A stretch of DNA of 64,000 nucleotides. Source: an uncultured Verrucomicrobiae bacterium (GTDB taxonomy: Bacteria; Verrucomicrobiota; Verrucomicrobiia; Chthoniobacterales; Terrimicrobiaceae). Each line of letters starts with the position of its first letter. The stretch's first letter is position 1. Shown piece after piece: positions 10,390 through 20,598 of this stretch. The stretch is taken from NCBI GenBank assembly GCA_963706955.1, contig CAVPOC010000006.1, positions 1-64,000 on the forward strand, given 5' to 3'. The notes under the pieces are model-generated. The model was given only the letters and a program-made list of their open reading frames with translations. It was not told the origin of the DNA and ran no database searches. The position numbers and the translations under genes were made by a program.

Positions 10390-11264
10390 GACGCTTCGCT
10401 CGGTATGTTTTAAAGCGTAGCCGCTTGAGGCGCCGGAGACAGCGGGCTCAACCAACTGGCCCGCCGAAGCTGGTGATTTTCGACTTCGATGGCACGATTG
10501 CAGACACCTTTGATGCCGGCGTGAGGATCTTGAATAAACTCGCGGGGGAGTTTGGCTTTCGCCCCTTGGATCCAAGAGACCTCGAAAAAGCCAGAGATAT
10601 GCGCACGCATCAGCTCGTCAGATTTCTGGGTGTTCCAGCGCGCAAGATGAGTCGCATCGCGCGGCGCGGAAGTGAAGAACTGCAGAGCTGCATTGACGCC
10701 ATCCAGCCACTCCGCGGGATGCCGGAAGCTTTGCACGAACTCCGTCGGCTCGGCTATTCACTCGGAATTATAACGTCTAATACCGAGCTTAACGTGCAGA
10801 TCTTTCTGCGAAATCACGGGCTCGAATTATTCGACTTTATTCGTTGTTCTTCGAAGCTGCTCGGCAAGGCACGCATGATTCGAAGCGTCATCCGAAGACA
10901 GCATGTTCACGCTGTGGATATTCTCTTCGTGGGCGACGAAACGCGCGATATTGAAGCTTGTCAAAAGGTGGGGATTCGCATTGCGGCGGTGACGTGGGGT
11001 TACAACAGCCGGCGGTCGCTTGTCGCCATGAAACCTGACTTCGTTTTCGATGATCCTCAGGAACTTGTCTCCCTGATCGTCCGCCAAGCCGCCCCGGAAC
11101 AGGAGATGACCTCAACGCAAACGGGAATAGCGGCGACTGGCACGACGAAACCTGCGTCCGCAGCTGCAACGGAGAACGCTCCATCTACCCCTGCCGGGCT
11201 CGCCCACGACGCTCAGGAATCGACCCCCAGTTTCCAGCTTCAGCGTGAGGGGCGGGCGTCCTGA
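10386..11264 (+). CDS. HAD hydrolase (phosphoglycolate phosphatase-like) with low-complexity C-terminal tail
   Basis: [22 protein letters not shown] and VTWGYN; start uncertain (GTG overlapping the upstream stop). Confidence 0.8.
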   Translation: MRRFARYVLKRSRLRRRRQRAQPTGPPKLVIFDFDGTIADTFDAGVRILNKLAGEFGFRPLDPRDLEKARDMRTHQLVRFLGVPARKMSRIARRGSEELQSCIDAIQPLRGMPEALHELRRLGYSLGIITSNTELNVQIFLRNHGLELFDFIRCSSKLLGKARMIRSVIRRQHVHAVDILFVGDETRDIEACQKVGIRIAAVTWGYNSRRSLVAMKPDFVFDDPQELVSLIVRQAAPEQEMTSTQTGIAATGTTKPASAAATENAPSTPAGLAHDAQESTPSFQLQREGRAS

Positions 11265-11271
11265 TTCGCGA

Positions 11272-13728
11272 CTAGACCTTGACAGGGTCTACCTTCCAAA
11301 TATCTCGCGCGTAGGCACGGATTGCCCGGTCGCTCGAAAATTTCCCCATCCGGGCGGTATTAAGAATGGCCATTCTGGCCCAGTGCGCTTTGTCGCGGAA
11401 GGCAGCATCCACTTTTTTCTGGCATTCGCTGTAGGATTCGAAGTCCGCCAAGCAGAGGAACGGGTCGCTATAGTAGAGGTTATCGCGAAGCATGCTAAGG
11501 ACGTTGGGCGGTTCGTCGGGCGTGAAATAGTTTGATCCTACCCAGTCGACAACGGCGTGCAGTTCGTCGTTCTTTTGAAGATATTCCTGCGGATTATAGC
11601 CTTTCGCAACGAGGGCATTTACTTTCTCAACCGTCAGTCCAAAGATGAAGATATTTTCCTCGCCGACCTCCTCTTTTATCTCGACGTTGGCTCCGTCGAG
11701 CGTGCCGATGGTTAAAGCGCCGTTGAGCGCGAGTTTCATATTCCCGGTGCCTGAGGCTTCTTTGCCAGCGGTCGAGATTTGTTCGGACAAGTCGCCTGCC
11801 GGGACGATGCGCTGCGCCAGCGAAACGCGGTAATTGGGCAGAAAGACAACCTTGATCCGGTCTTCGATGCGCTTGTCATTGTTGATGCTTTTCGCCACGG
11901 CATTGATTGCCTTGATGATGCATTTGGCCATGTCGTAGCCAGGAGCGGCTTTGGCGGAAAAAACGAATACCCGCGGGGTAATCTCAAGTTCAGGGTTCTG
12001 TAGCAACCGACGATAGAGGGCAAGAATGTGCAGCAAATTCAAGTGCTGACGCTTGTATTCGTGCAAGCGCTTGACCTGCACGTCGAAGAGGGCCGCCGGA
12101 TTCACTTCGACTGCGCAATCTCTCTTGATGATTCGGGCAAGATCAAGTTTGTTGGCCTGCTTGACATTCATGAAATCTGCTTGGAACTGCGGGTCGTCGG
12201 CGAAGCTTTCCAAGGCGCGAAGCTTGTCGAGATTGGTCTCCCAACCATGGCCGATTCTGGAGGTGATCAGCGCGCTGAGGCGCGGATTACAGGCCAGCAG
12301 CCAGCGGCGCGGGGTTATCCCGTTCGTCTTGTTGTTGAACTTGCCGGGATAAAGAATGTCAAACTGCGGGAAAAGCTGCTTTTTGAGAAGTTTGGTGTGA
12401 AGCTCGGCCACGCCATTCACCGAGTGGCTGCCGACGACGGATAGATTCGCCATCCGCACCATCTGCATCCCACCCTCTTCGATCAGCGAGAGGGTCTGCT
12501 TCATCACGGTATCCCCGGGCCACTTCGCTTCCACTTGCTCGAGAAAGCGTTTGTTGATCTCGAAGATGATCTGAAGGTGGCGGGGAAGGACCTTTTGAAA
12601 TAGGCCGACGCTCCATTTCTCCAACGCCTCGGGCAGCAGCGTATGGTTGGTGTAAGAAAACGTGCGCGTGACGATTGACCATGCCTCGTCCCAAGGCATG
12701 CCATATTCGTCATGGAGGATGCGCTGGAGTTCGACCACCGCGATCGCCGGATGGGTATCGTTGAGTTGGATCGCGACCTTCTCAGGGAAGTCCTGCCAAT
12801 CCTCGTTTGCTCGCCGGAAGCGGCGGATGATGTCCTTGAGCGAACAGGCGACAAAGAAATACTGCTGCAGCAAGCGCAATTCCTTTCCGCTGTCCGTCTT
12901 GTCGTTTGGGTAGAGGACCTTCGAGATGGTTTCGCTATTGTTCTTTTCCCGGACGGCTTCCTCGTAGCCGCCGCGGTTAAACGCTTCGAAATTGAATTCC
13001 TCCGGCGCTCGCGATTCCCAGAGCCGCAGAAAATTGACTGTGTTTGTTCCGTAGCCGGGCACCGGAATGTCGTAGGGAATGCCAACGAGCTTTTTCCATC
13101 CCATCCAGCGTGGAACGTAGTTTCCACGGTCATCGAATACGTTTTCGACGTAGCCATAGACCTGGATCTCGGTGGCGTGTTCGGGTCGGACTATTTCCCA
13201 GGGTGTTCCATAGAGCATCCAGGCGTCGGGGAGTTCGACCTGATAGCCATTGCGGAATTCCTGCCTGAAGAGGCCATATTGGTAATGAATCCCGTAGCCG
13301 ATTGCCGGATAATCCAAGGTTGCCAGGGAGTCCAGGAAGCAGGCGGCGAGTCGGCCGAGGCCGCCATTGCCAAGACCCATATCGTACTCCTCGTGGCGAA
13401 GCTCCTCGTAATCCAACCCGAGTTCCTCGAGCGCGTCGGTCATATCTTCGTTGACTCCTGCGCTGTAAAGGCTGTTGGAAAAAAGACGCCCCATCAGAAA
13501 CTCGAGCGATAAGTAGTAGACCCGCTTGACGTTCTTGTTGTGGTGGACCGCCGCAGTAGCAATCATCCGCTCCACAATCATGCTTTGAACGGCCTTGGAG
13601 GTGGCTAGCCACCAGTCGCGCTTCGTGGCCGTGGACGCGTCTCGAGCCAATGTGAATTTCAAACTACCTTGGATCAATGCCTTAAGGCCAGGGACGGACC
13701 TGTCCAGCGCGGAATGGAACTCGCTCAT
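11272..13728 (-). CDS. glgP: Glycogen/starch phosphorylase
   Basis: [41 protein letters not shown] and the PLP motif EASGTGNMK. Confidence 0.97.
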   Translation of the reverse strand: MSEFHSALDRSVPGLKALIQGSLKFTLARDASTATKRDWWLATSKAVQSMIVERMIATAAVHHNKNVKRVYYLSLEFLMGRLFSNSLYSAGVNEDMTDALEELGLDYEELRHEEYDMGLGNGGLGRLAACFLDSLATLDYPAIGYGIHYQYGLFRQEFRNGYQVELPDAWMLYGTPWEIVRPEHATEIQVYGYVENVFDDRGNYVPRWMGWKKLVGIPYDIPVPGYGTNTVNFLRLWESRAPEEFNFEAFNRGGYEEAVREKNNSETISKVLYPNDKTDSGKELRLLQQYFFVACSLKDIIRRFRRANEDWQDFPEKVAIQLNDTHPAIAVVELQRILHDEYGMPWDEAWSIVTRTFSYTNHTLLPEALEKWSVGLFQKVLPRHLQIIFEINKRFLEQVEAKWPGDTVMKQTLSLIEEGGMQMVRMANLSVVGSHSVNGVAELHTKLLKKQLFPQFDILYPGKFNNKTNGITPRRWLLACNPRLSALITSRIGHGWETNLDKLRALESFADDPQFQADFMNVKQANKLDLARIIKRDCAVEVNPAALFDVQVKRLHEYKRQHLNLLHILALYRRLLQNPELEITPRVFVFSAKAAPGYDMAKCIIKAINAVAKSINNDKRIEDRIKVVFLPNYRVSLAQRIVPAGDLSEQISTAGKEASGTGNMKLALNGALTIGTLDGANVEIKEEVGEENIFIFGLTVEKVNALVAKGYNPQEYLQKNDELHAVVDWVGSNYFTPDEPPNVLSMLRDNLYYSDPFLCLADFESYSECQKKVDAAFRDKAHWARMAILNTARMGKFSSDRAIRAYARDIWKVDPVKV

Positions 13729-13878
13729 GTTTGGTGTCTTTTCGTATGAATAGGCTCTCAGGAAAGAGCAAGCACGCAGAGCAATAATCGCGCCAGCAAA
13801 GGTGAGCCGGAACTTTTGCAACGACTTGCAGGGGAAGCTTGCAAAAGCGGCGGCGGCGAGACCGCCTTCTCTACACAG

Positions 13879-14142
13879 TCAAGCCCTCTTCTTGGCGGTG
13901 ATGTAGGCAGCGATGGTATTGACGCTCACGAACGCCTCGCGCGCGACTTCGGCGTTTGGTGTGGCGACGCCGAAGTTTTTCTCAATGCCGACGGCGAGTT
14001 CCAGCGCATCAATTGAGTCGAGCGCCAGGCCTTCGGGGCTAAAGAGAGGTGTGTCATCCCCGATATCTTCTGGCGCCATCTTTAGCATGAGATTCTCGAC
14101 CATCATGCTCTTGATACGGGATTTCAGTTCAGTTTCCGACAT
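13879..14142 (-). CDS. Acyl carrier protein
   Basis: 87-aa acidic protein with the phosphopantetheine site LALDSIDALEL. Confidence 0.85.
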   Translation of the reverse strand: MSETELKSRIKSMMVENLMLKMAPEDIGDDTPLFSPEGLALDSIDALELAVGIEKNFGVATPNAEVAREAFVSVNTIAAYITAKKRA

Positions 14143-14201
14143 GATCCGGGAAGGAACTAAACCGGATTTTCAAGATGAACAGGATTTTTTATGCTCGAAG
14201 G

Positions 14202-14933
14202 ATGACCGACAAAACGCGGATCGATCAGCTTCTGGTGATGAGAGGCTTCTGCGAATCCCGCGAGCAGGCGCAACGAGCCATTATGGCGGGGCGGGTGTTC
14301 GTTGGCGGTCAAAAGGCAGACAAGGCGAGTCTGTTGGTTTCTCGGGAAGCTGCCATAGAAGTCCAGAGTTCGGAAAAGTATGTCGGACGTGGTGGTTTCA
14401 AGCTGGAGGCCGCCCTCGAGCATTTCAAGGTGCCGGTGGAAGGTAAGACCTGCCTCGATGTGGGATCCTCGACTGGCGGGTTCACCGATTGCCTTCTGCA
14501 GCGCGGCGCAGCAAAGGTCTATGCGATTGATGTCGGACGCGGGCAGCTCGCTTGGAGACTGAGGAACGACCCGCGCGTGGTCGTTCGCGAAGGCATAAAC
14601 GCCCGGTATTTGAGGGCTGCCGATATTGGAGAGCAGGTTGAGATCTGCGTGGCAGACGTGAGTTTTATTTCGTTGACGTTGATTTTGCCTGCAGTGTTTG
14701 CGTTACTGCCGAGCGCCGCCGACATGATCGTCCTGATCAAACCGCAATTCGAACTCTCACCCGGCAAGGTCGGGCGCGGGGGTATCGTTCGCGAAACCTC
14801 TTTGCACGTCGAGGCGATCGAGAGGATTCAAAGCTTTGTCGAGGGGCAAGGTAAGCACTGGTTGGGTGTGATGGAATCGCCCCTGCGAGGGCGAGAAGGG
14901 AATGTCGAATTTCTGGTGCACATCACGACATGA
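14202..14933 (+). CDS. tlyA: TlyA-family rRNA methyltransferase
   Basis: S4 domain RIDQLLV..SREQAQ, YVGRGGFKL, DVGSSTGGFTDCLLQRGA, DVSFIS and KPQFE. Confidence 0.93.
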   Translation: MTDKTRIDQLLVMRGFCESREQAQRAIMAGRVFVGGQKADKASLLVSREAAIEVQSSEKYVGRGGFKLEAALEHFKVPVEGKTCLDVGSSTGGFTDCLLQRGAAKVYAIDVGRGQLAWRLRNDPRVVVREGINARYLRAADIGEQVEICVADVSFISLTLILPAVFALLPSAADMIVLIKPQFELSPGKVGRGGIVRETSLHVEAIERIQSFVEGQGKHWLGVMESPLRGREGNVEFLVHITT

Positions 14934-15784
14934 TTGGTCTTATCGCTCATTCGCAGAAACCGGAAGCCCACGCAGCCGTCTGTGGGATGATCGAAGAACT
15001 CACGAAGAAAAAGATCGAGTTTGAGCTGGAGAAAGAAACCGCCACCCTGGCAGGGGTCGAGTCATCCCTGGATGAGGTCTCCCTCGCCCGAAAAGCGGAG
15101 TTGCTGGTGGTTATGGGGGGCGATGGGACCATTTTGCGGGTAGTTCACCGATTGGGTGCAAACATCCGCCCCATCTTGGGAGTCAATATCGGCTCGCTTG
15201 GCTTTCTGACCTGTGCTGGCCTAAGTGAAATTCCCCGAGCTGTTGAGAGCATCGTGAATCGGGATTTCATCCTAAGCGACCGAAATCTTCTCATCGCGGA
15301 GATAACGGCCTCTACTGGCGAAAAGGAACGCTTTCACGGGCTGAACGATGTTGTTATCAGTCGTGGCGAGCGTTCACAGCTGGTCAGGATTGAGGTTCGG
15401 ATTGATGGCGCCGGCCTTACGAATTATAACGCCGACGGTTTGATCATTGCCACGCCGACGGGTTCGACCGCTTATTCGCTGGCGGCCGGAGGTCCAATTC
15501 TCATGCCCGATTCGGGGGCGTTCGTCATCACTCCGATTTGCCCTCATGTTTTGACCAACCGGTCGACGGTTGTCAGCGACCGCTCGCCCATTGAAGTCCA
15601 TCCCATTGTTCCGAATCAAAAGGTGTTCGTCACCGTGGATGGCCGCTCATTGCGGCCGATGCAGGTGGGGGACGTTCTTCGCGTCGCCAAGAGCAATCGC
15701 AAATTGCCTCTCGTCATGCTTCCGGAGCGTTCATTCCCCGAGGTCCTTCGCCAGAAGCTCAAATGGAGTGGGAGCAATGTATGA
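14930..15784 (+). CDS. nadK: NAD(+) kinase
   Basis: GGDGT, GSLGFL, LNDV and DGLIIATPTGSTAYSLAAGGP. Confidence 0.95.
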   Translation: MIGLIAHSQKPEAHAAVCGMIEELTKKKIEFELEKETATLAGVESSLDEVSLARKAELLVVMGGDGTILRVVHRLGANIRPILGVNIGSLGFLTCAGLSEIPRAVESIVNRDFILSDRNLLIAEITASTGEKERFHGLNDVVISRGERSQLVRIEVRIDGAGLTNYNADGLIIATPTGSTAYSLAAGGPILMPDSGAFVITPICPHVLTNRSTVVSDRSPIEVHPIVPNQKVFVTVDGRSLRPMQVGDVLRVAKSNRKLPLVMLPERSFPEVLRQKLKWSGSNV

Positions 15785-16242
15785 CACCGATCGCCGATGT
15801 TCTTCAGCCCGATCACGTGCGTTTGAGATTGTCTGCGAAGGAACCGTCAGCGGCGATCGACGAGGTCATGGCCACGCTCGAGGGCGACGAGCGGGTGAGA
15901 GATTTTGCGGCGCTGCGCGCGGCCGTCTATGCGCAACCAGCCCCGGCTATCGCCGAGAACGGATGTGGCATTTGCATCGCCCATGGCCGGACTGAGTTGG
16001 TTGCTTCTCTGGTCATGTCGGCCGGACGATCCGTTGAGGGTATCGTTTTTCCGAAGCTTGCTGTCCCCGTGAAACTCGTCTTCGTGGCAGGAATTCCCGG
16101 AGCTTTTACCTCCGAGTATTTGAGGATCGTTGGCGCGATTGTTCGCATCTGCCGCAATAAACGTCAGCTCGACCGGATACTTTCGACAAAGGACCCTGAT
16201 CGTTTTGTCGCCCTCTTGAGCTCAGCTGAAGTCAAGCTTTAG
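15781..16242 (+). CDS. PTS EIIA (Ntr/fructose-type) domain protein
   Basis: GICIAHGRT with the conserved His; GRS..GI.F; ATGA coupling with nadK. Confidence 0.75.
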   Translation: MTPIADVLQPDHVRLRLSAKEPSAAIDEVMATLEGDERVRDFAALRAAVYAQPAPAIAENGCGICIAHGRTELVASLVMSAGRSVEGIVFPKLAVPVKLVFVAGIPGAFTSEYLRIVGAIVRICRNKRQLDRILSTKDPDRFVALLSSAEVKL

Positions 16243-16375
16243 CCGAGCACTACGCCGAACTCGCAACATCCGGTTGACCACGATACCCCGCCCTTCGATA
16301 CTGGACGGTGAGAAGAGACTTTCCCCGCGGATTCGGCGAGTCGTTAGTGCGTGAGTTGATGACTTGCTTAGTGAC

Positions 16376-16672
16376 ATGAGGACGGAAGCAATCGGTTGGG
16401 TGGAGACAATAGAGTTTGTCGATTCATCGGGAATTGTTGTTCGGGAGGCACGTTACTTTGCCTATCCCAAGAATCCGCCCCCGTTTCCGACTCAGATCCA
16501 CTCGCAGTGCTTCGAATTTGTCGGCCGGGCGATTCGAATAAATGGAGAGTTGCCAGAGGGCCTCTTCGTTCGCGAAAAATACTCCCAGCTATCGCGAATC
16601 ACTCGAACGGACCAGTTGGACAGATTGACTGCCTACTACGAGACGACGGAATGGCGCTGTGTCCGAGTGTGA
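16376..16672 (+). CDS. Hypothetical protein
   Basis: 98-aa ORF with protein-like composition filling an intergenic gap; no recognised motif. Confidence 0.45.
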   Translation: MRTEAIGWVETIEFVDSSGIVVREARYFAYPKNPPPFPTQIHSQCFEFVGRAIRINGELPEGLFVREKYSQLSRITRTDQLDRLTAYYETTEWRCVRV

Positions 16673-16824
16673 GCCGTTTTTCCGCGCCAAGCGAAAGCAG
16701 TAAATCTGCCGGCAATAGTTTCATCTCAGCGCCCGTTGCGATCGTCTGAGGCGTTGTCGACGAAAACCTCTTGCTCCCTGATCCCATTGGGAGATAGTTT
16801 CCGGCTCTGCAGGGCATTGTTCAT

Positions 16825-16901
16825 CGGGCCGTGGCTCAGCTTGGTAGAGCGCCTCGTTCGGGACGAGGAGGCCGCGAGTTCGAATCTCGCCGGCCCGACC
16901 A
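16825..16901 (+). tRNA. tRNA-Pro (anticodon CGG)
   Basis: CGGGCCG acceptor stem, D-arm TGGCTCAGCTTGGTAGAGC, anticodon arm CCTCG-TTCGGGA-CGAGG, T-loop GTTCGAATC and encoded CCA. Confidence 0.97.
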
Positions 16902-17234
16902 ATACCCAATGTGTTCTAGAGGCAGCGCCGGCGAGGTTCGAACTTCAGTTCGACTGCCCGGCGCGAAGCGCCCAGCCCGGCGCCAGCCAAACTAGCAGAG
17001 CTCGCCGAAGGCGAGATAATCTCGCCGGCCCGACCAATACCCAATGTGTGTCTTAGAGGCAGCGCCGGCGAGGTTCGAACTTCAGTTCGACTGCCCGGCG
17101 CGAAGCGCCCAGCCCGGCGCCAGCCAAACTAGCAGAGCTCGCCGAAGGCGAGATAATCTCGCCGGCCCGACCAATACCCATGTGTGTCTTAGAGGCAGCG
17201 CCGGCGAGGTTCGAACTTCAGTTCGACTGCCCGG
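16883..17234 (+). repeat. tRNA-linked tandem repeat, about 2.6 units of 135-137 bp
   Basis: Units start at 16883, 17018 and 17155 with AATCTCGCCGGCCCGACCA (the tRNA 3' 19 nt) and are near-identical. Confidence 0.95.
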
Positions 17235-17253
17235 TGATGGGCGCGAGCAGTTT

Positions 17254-17312
17254 CTGTAGCGGCGGCGTCCCCGCCGCTGGGGCCCTCGACGGTGAGGACA
17301 CCGTCGCTACAG
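17254..17312. repeat. GTAG-type REP doublet (inverted pair of short palindromes)
   Basis: CTGTAG-CGGCGG-CGTC-CCCGCCG on the + strand faces CTGTAG-CGACGGTG-TCCT-CACCGTCG on the - strand. Confidence 0.65.
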
Positions 17313-17393
17313 AGTTCGCCTTGATTAGGGGAACGCTGCCATAGCGCTAAATGCTTGCAGCGATGACGGGGAGGCACCACTCTGGCGCGCTTC

Positions 17394-18119
17394 ATGGAAC
17401 GTCTTGATGGCAGGGGAGCTTCGAATCTACGTGAGGTTGTGATCGAGCCTGGTGTGGCCCCGTTGGCACACGGTTCGGTTTTGATTCGGTTTGGCCGCAC
17501 GCAAGTGATCTGCGCGGCGACGCTGGAGGAGAGCGTTCCTCGCTGGATGAAGGAGCAGGGTGTTGAAGGAGGCTGGATCACGGCGGAGTATGCGATGCTT
17601 CCCTATTCGACATCACCACGCAAACCGCGCGATATCACCAAGGGACGGCCGGACGGCCGGGGAACTGAAATCCAGCGTCTGATCGGCCGTTCTCTGCGCG
17701 CAGCGGTTGATCTTGTGGCCTTGGGCCCGCGGACGCTTTGGGTCGATTGTGATGTTCTGCAAGCTGACGGAGGAACTCGGACAGCGGCGATTACCGGCGC
17801 GTGTGTAGCCATGGAGTTGGCCTGCCGCACCCTCATAGATGCAGGAAAAATCACCAGTTCTCCAATACGGCGTAAAGTTGCCGCAGTGAGCGTCGGATTG
17901 GTCGAGGACCAGCCGCTTTTGGACCTCAATTACGACGAAGACAAGGCTGCCTCCGTAGATCTGAATCTTGTGATGACGGATCAATTGGAGTTCGTGGAAC
18001 TGCAGGGCTCCGGCGAGGAAGCCGTCTTTTCCGATGAACAGCTGGCAGCGATGTTGGGACTAGGAAAGGCTGGAATTCGCCACTTGGTTGGCATTCAGCA
18101 ATCGATTCTTACGCAATGA
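17394..18119 (+). CDS. rph: Ribonuclease PH
   Basis: [23 protein letters not shown] and [19 protein letters not shown]. Confidence 0.97.
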   Translation: MERLDGRGASNLREVVIEPGVAPLAHGSVLIRFGRTQVICAATLEESVPRWMKEQGVEGGWITAEYAMLPYSTSPRKPRDITKGRPDGRGTEIQRLIGRSLRAAVDLVALGPRTLWVDCDVLQADGGTRTAAITGACVAMELACRTLIDAGKITSSPIRRKVAAVSVGLVEDQPLLDLNYDEDKAASVDLNLVMTDQLEFVELQGSGEEAVFSDEQLAAMLGLGKAGIRHLVGIQQSILTQ

Positions 18120-19102
18120 AGAGAGCGCTCATCACCGGGATTACCGGACAGGACGGATCTTATCTTGCCGACCTATTGCTGAAGAAGGGCTATGAGGTCC
18201 ACGGCATCATCCGGCGCGCCAGCACATTCAATACCGATCGAATCGAGCATTTGTACCAAGACCCCCACGTTCATGGGGTGAAGCTTTTCCTTCACTATGG
18301 AGACTTGGCCGATTCCGTCCACCTGGTCAAATTGATCTACCAGCTCAAACCCGATGAGATTTACCACCTAGGGGCTCAGAGCCATGTGCGCGTGAGCTTC
18401 GATATTCCCGAATACACAGCGGATGTCACGGGCGTGGGAGCTATCCGCATCTTGGAAGCAATGCGAGAAGCAGGAGTTGGCTCTCGCTTTTATCAGGCAT
18501 CGAGCAGCGAAATGTTCGGCAAAGTGCAGGCAGTGCCTCAGAGTGAAACGACCCCCTTCTGGCCGCGTAGCCCCTATGGAGTGGCCAAGGTCTTCGCCTA
18601 CTGGGCCACCGTAAATTACCGAGAAAGCTACGGGATGCACGCGAGCAACGGGATCCTCTTCAACCATGAGAGCCCGCGACGAGGCGAAACGTTCGTAACG
18701 CGCAAGATCACGCGAGCCGTTGCGGCTATCAAATGCGGTTTGCAGAAGGAGCTCTTTTTGGGAAACCTCGACGCGAAGCGTGACTGGGGGTATGCGCCTG
18801 AATACGTCGAGGCGATGTGGCTGATGCTGCAACAGGAAAAGGCCGACGATTATGTCATCGCCACGGGAGAGACTCATAGCGTTCAGGAATTCCTGGAACA
18901 CGCCTTCGCTCGTGTCGACCTCGACTGGAAAGAGTTTGTCAGACACGACGACCGCTACGAACGACCTGCGGAAGTGGATCTGCTGGTGGGTGACGCCACT
19001 AGAGCACGACGAGTCCTCGATTGGGAGGCGAAGGTCCGTTTTCCCCAATTGGTAGAGATTATGGTCGACGCCGACCTGGCCACCCTGCAAAAACGGGCTT
19101 GA
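18116..19102 (+). CDS. gmd: GDP-mannose 4,6-dehydratase
   Basis: [31 protein letters not shown] and [16 protein letters not shown]. Confidence 0.97.
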   Translation: MKRALITGITGQDGSYLADLLLKKGYEVHGIIRRASTFNTDRIEHLYQDPHVHGVKLFLHYGDLADSVHLVKLIYQLKPDEIYHLGAQSHVRVSFDIPEYTADVTGVGAIRILEAMREAGVGSRFYQASSSEMFGKVQAVPQSETTPFWPRSPYGVAKVFAYWATVNYRESYGMHASNGILFNHESPRRGETFVTRKITRAVAAIKCGLQKELFLGNLDAKRDWGYAPEYVEAMWLMLQQEKADDYVIATGETHSVQEFLEHAFARVDLDWKEFVRHDDRYERPAEVDLLVGDATRARRVLDWEAKVRFPQLVEIMVDADLATLQKRA

Positions 19103-19145
19103 CGGTCTTCTCGGTCGGTTCGAGTATTTCCGCTTTTCCAAGACC

Positions 19146-19412
19146 ATGTCTAGAAAATGTGACATCACCGGAGCACGCCCTAAGCGCGGAGGCAAGATCC
19201 ACCGTCGCGGACTCGCGAAGAAAAAGGGGGGGATCGGCATGCACGTGACTAAGGTCACTCCGCGGTGGCATCTTCCCAATCTCAAGACCAAGAAAGTATG
19301 GGTGCCTGAGCTAAAGCGGTTCGTCACGGTCAAGGCGACCGCGCGCGCCTTCAAGACTCTGTCAAAAAACGGCACATACAAAACTCTCGCCAAGGCGCGT
19401 GCCGTGCGCTAA
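19146..19412 (+). CDS. rpmB: 50S ribosomal protein L28
   Basis: MSRKCDITG...RGLAKKKGGIG...PNL; highly basic. Confidence 0.93.
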   Translation: MSRKCDITGARPKRGGKIHRRGLAKKKGGIGMHVTKVTPRWHLPNLKTKKVWVPELKRFVTVKATARAFKTLSKNGTYKTLAKARAVR

Positions 19413-19444
19413 GAAGCGATCGTCCTCCAGTTCACAATTCAGTT

Positions 19445-19645
19445 ATGGCCTTCAGTGTCGTCAGCAAAAAATCGGGCAAGACGTACTATCTTCATGCGCG
19501 TCTTCAAAAACTCCGGGGCGGGCAGGAAGTAACCCTCTACTATTTCGCCGGGCAGCCGGGCTCTGGCGCGATTGACGCTCTGCCGACCGGATACAAAGTC
19601 TCCGAAAACGAGAAGACCGGTCTGCCGCTCCTAAAGAAGGGATAG
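19445..19645 (+). CDS. Small basic hypothetical protein
   Basis: 66-aa ORF (GKTYYLH..LRGG..LYYF..LP.GY.V.EN..TGLP.LKK) directly after rpmB. Confidence 0.7.
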   Translation: MAFSVVSKKSGKTYYLHARLQKLRGGQEVTLYYFAGQPGSGAIDALPTGYKVSENEKTGLPLLKKG

Positions 19646-19665
19646 GCTCAGCACCGCCGAAATTG

Positions 19666-20598
19666 TCATGCCCTGGGATGGGCGCGCGCATAGGCGCGCT
19701 TCATTCTTTCGGTGGTGACATGGGTATAGATCTGGGTGGTTGAGAGACTGGCGTGGCCGAGAAGGGACTGGACGCTGCGCAAATCAGCACCACCGTCAAG
19801 CAGATGGGTCGCGAAACTGTGGCGCAACTTGTGTGGGCTTAGATCAGCAGAGAGACCCGCTTCACGAAGATACTTCTTCATCGCGAGCCAGATCGAGCGG
19901 GCGGAAAGCCGTCGACGCAGCTTGCTAATGAAGAGAGGTCCGGCATGCACGCCGGCTTTCTGGCGATAGCGGGAAATGGCCTCCAGGGCCGGTCGTCCAA
20001 CGGGGCAAATCCGCTCCTTCGCACCCTTTCCGAATATTCGAACCGTTTCGCTGATCGGATCGAGATCTCTGACCTCCAGTCTGACCAATTCCGAAAGCCG
20101 TAACCCGCTCGAATAGAACAGCTCAAAAATCGCCTCGTCGCGGCAAGCCAACCAGAGAGGAGCCTGCTTTTGCCTCTCGATTTTCGAAGGTTTTTCTAGC
20201 AAGCTCTCCACCTGCGAGACCGTCAGAAATCTTGGAAGCCCTTTTTCAGGTTTAGGAATGTTGACCGCCTTTAGAACGTTGGTGTCCAGGACTTTGCGAA
20301 CGACCAAGAAGTGATAAAAGCTGCGCAGGGCCGCGAAAGCCAGCCGGATGCTCGAGCGCGCTCGGCCAGACTTCATGAGCTCGAAAAGAAAAGCGCGGAA
20401 ATCGTCAGCGTTCGCATCTTTCCAGCCGAGGCCAGGCCTAAACTGCCGGAAGGCGCGAAGTGCATGACGATAGCTCGTCAGGGTATGCGGAGAAGCATTT
20501 TTTTCGCCCTCGAGATAGGTTAGGAATTGTCGCGTGAGCAGGTCCTCCGACCCAGCGTGACGCTGCCGTGACCGGGACGGAAGGAATTTCTCTTTCAG
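19666..20598 (-). CDS. xerC: Tyrosine recombinase XerC-like; start probably non-canonical
   Basis: Catalytic motifs LFYSSGLRLSEL, GKG.KER, HKLRHSFATHLL and LLGHASLSTTQIYTH. The in-frame N-terminal domain (FLTYLEGEKNASPHTLTSY) lies upstream of the first ATG (20376). Confidence 0.85.
   Translation of the reverse strand: MKEKFLPSRSRQRHAGSEDLLTRQFLTYLEGEKNASPHTLTSYRHALRAFRQFRPGLGWKDANADDFRAFLFELMKSGRARSSIRLAFAALRSFYHFLVVRKVLDTNVLKAVNIPKPEKGLPRFLTVSQVESLLEKPSKIERQKQAPLWLACRDEAIFELFYSSGLRLSELVRLEVRDLDPISETVRIFGKGAKERICPVGRPALEAISRYRQKAGVHAGPLFISKLRRRLSARSIWLAMKKYLREAGLSADLSPHKLRHSFATHLLDGGADLRSVQSLLGHASLSTTQIYTHVTTERMKRAYARAHPRA

Noticed and set aside
16883..17234. Possible CRISPR array
   Set aside because: Whole units are near-identical with no unique spacers, the unit length is 135-137 bp, and no cas genes are present.
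16736..17259. ORFs 16736-17056 and 17044-17259 with repeated peptide sequence
   Set aside because: They overlap the tRNA and simply translate the DNA repeat.
18368..19393. 341-aa minus-strand ORF
   Set aside because: It is antisense to gmd and rpmB and has no motifs; typical of GC-rich shadow ORFs.
19666..20598. Tyrosine recombinase as a prophage or island integrase
   Set aside because: Sequence and housekeeping context fit chromosomal XerC; there are no adjacent att sites or mobile genes.
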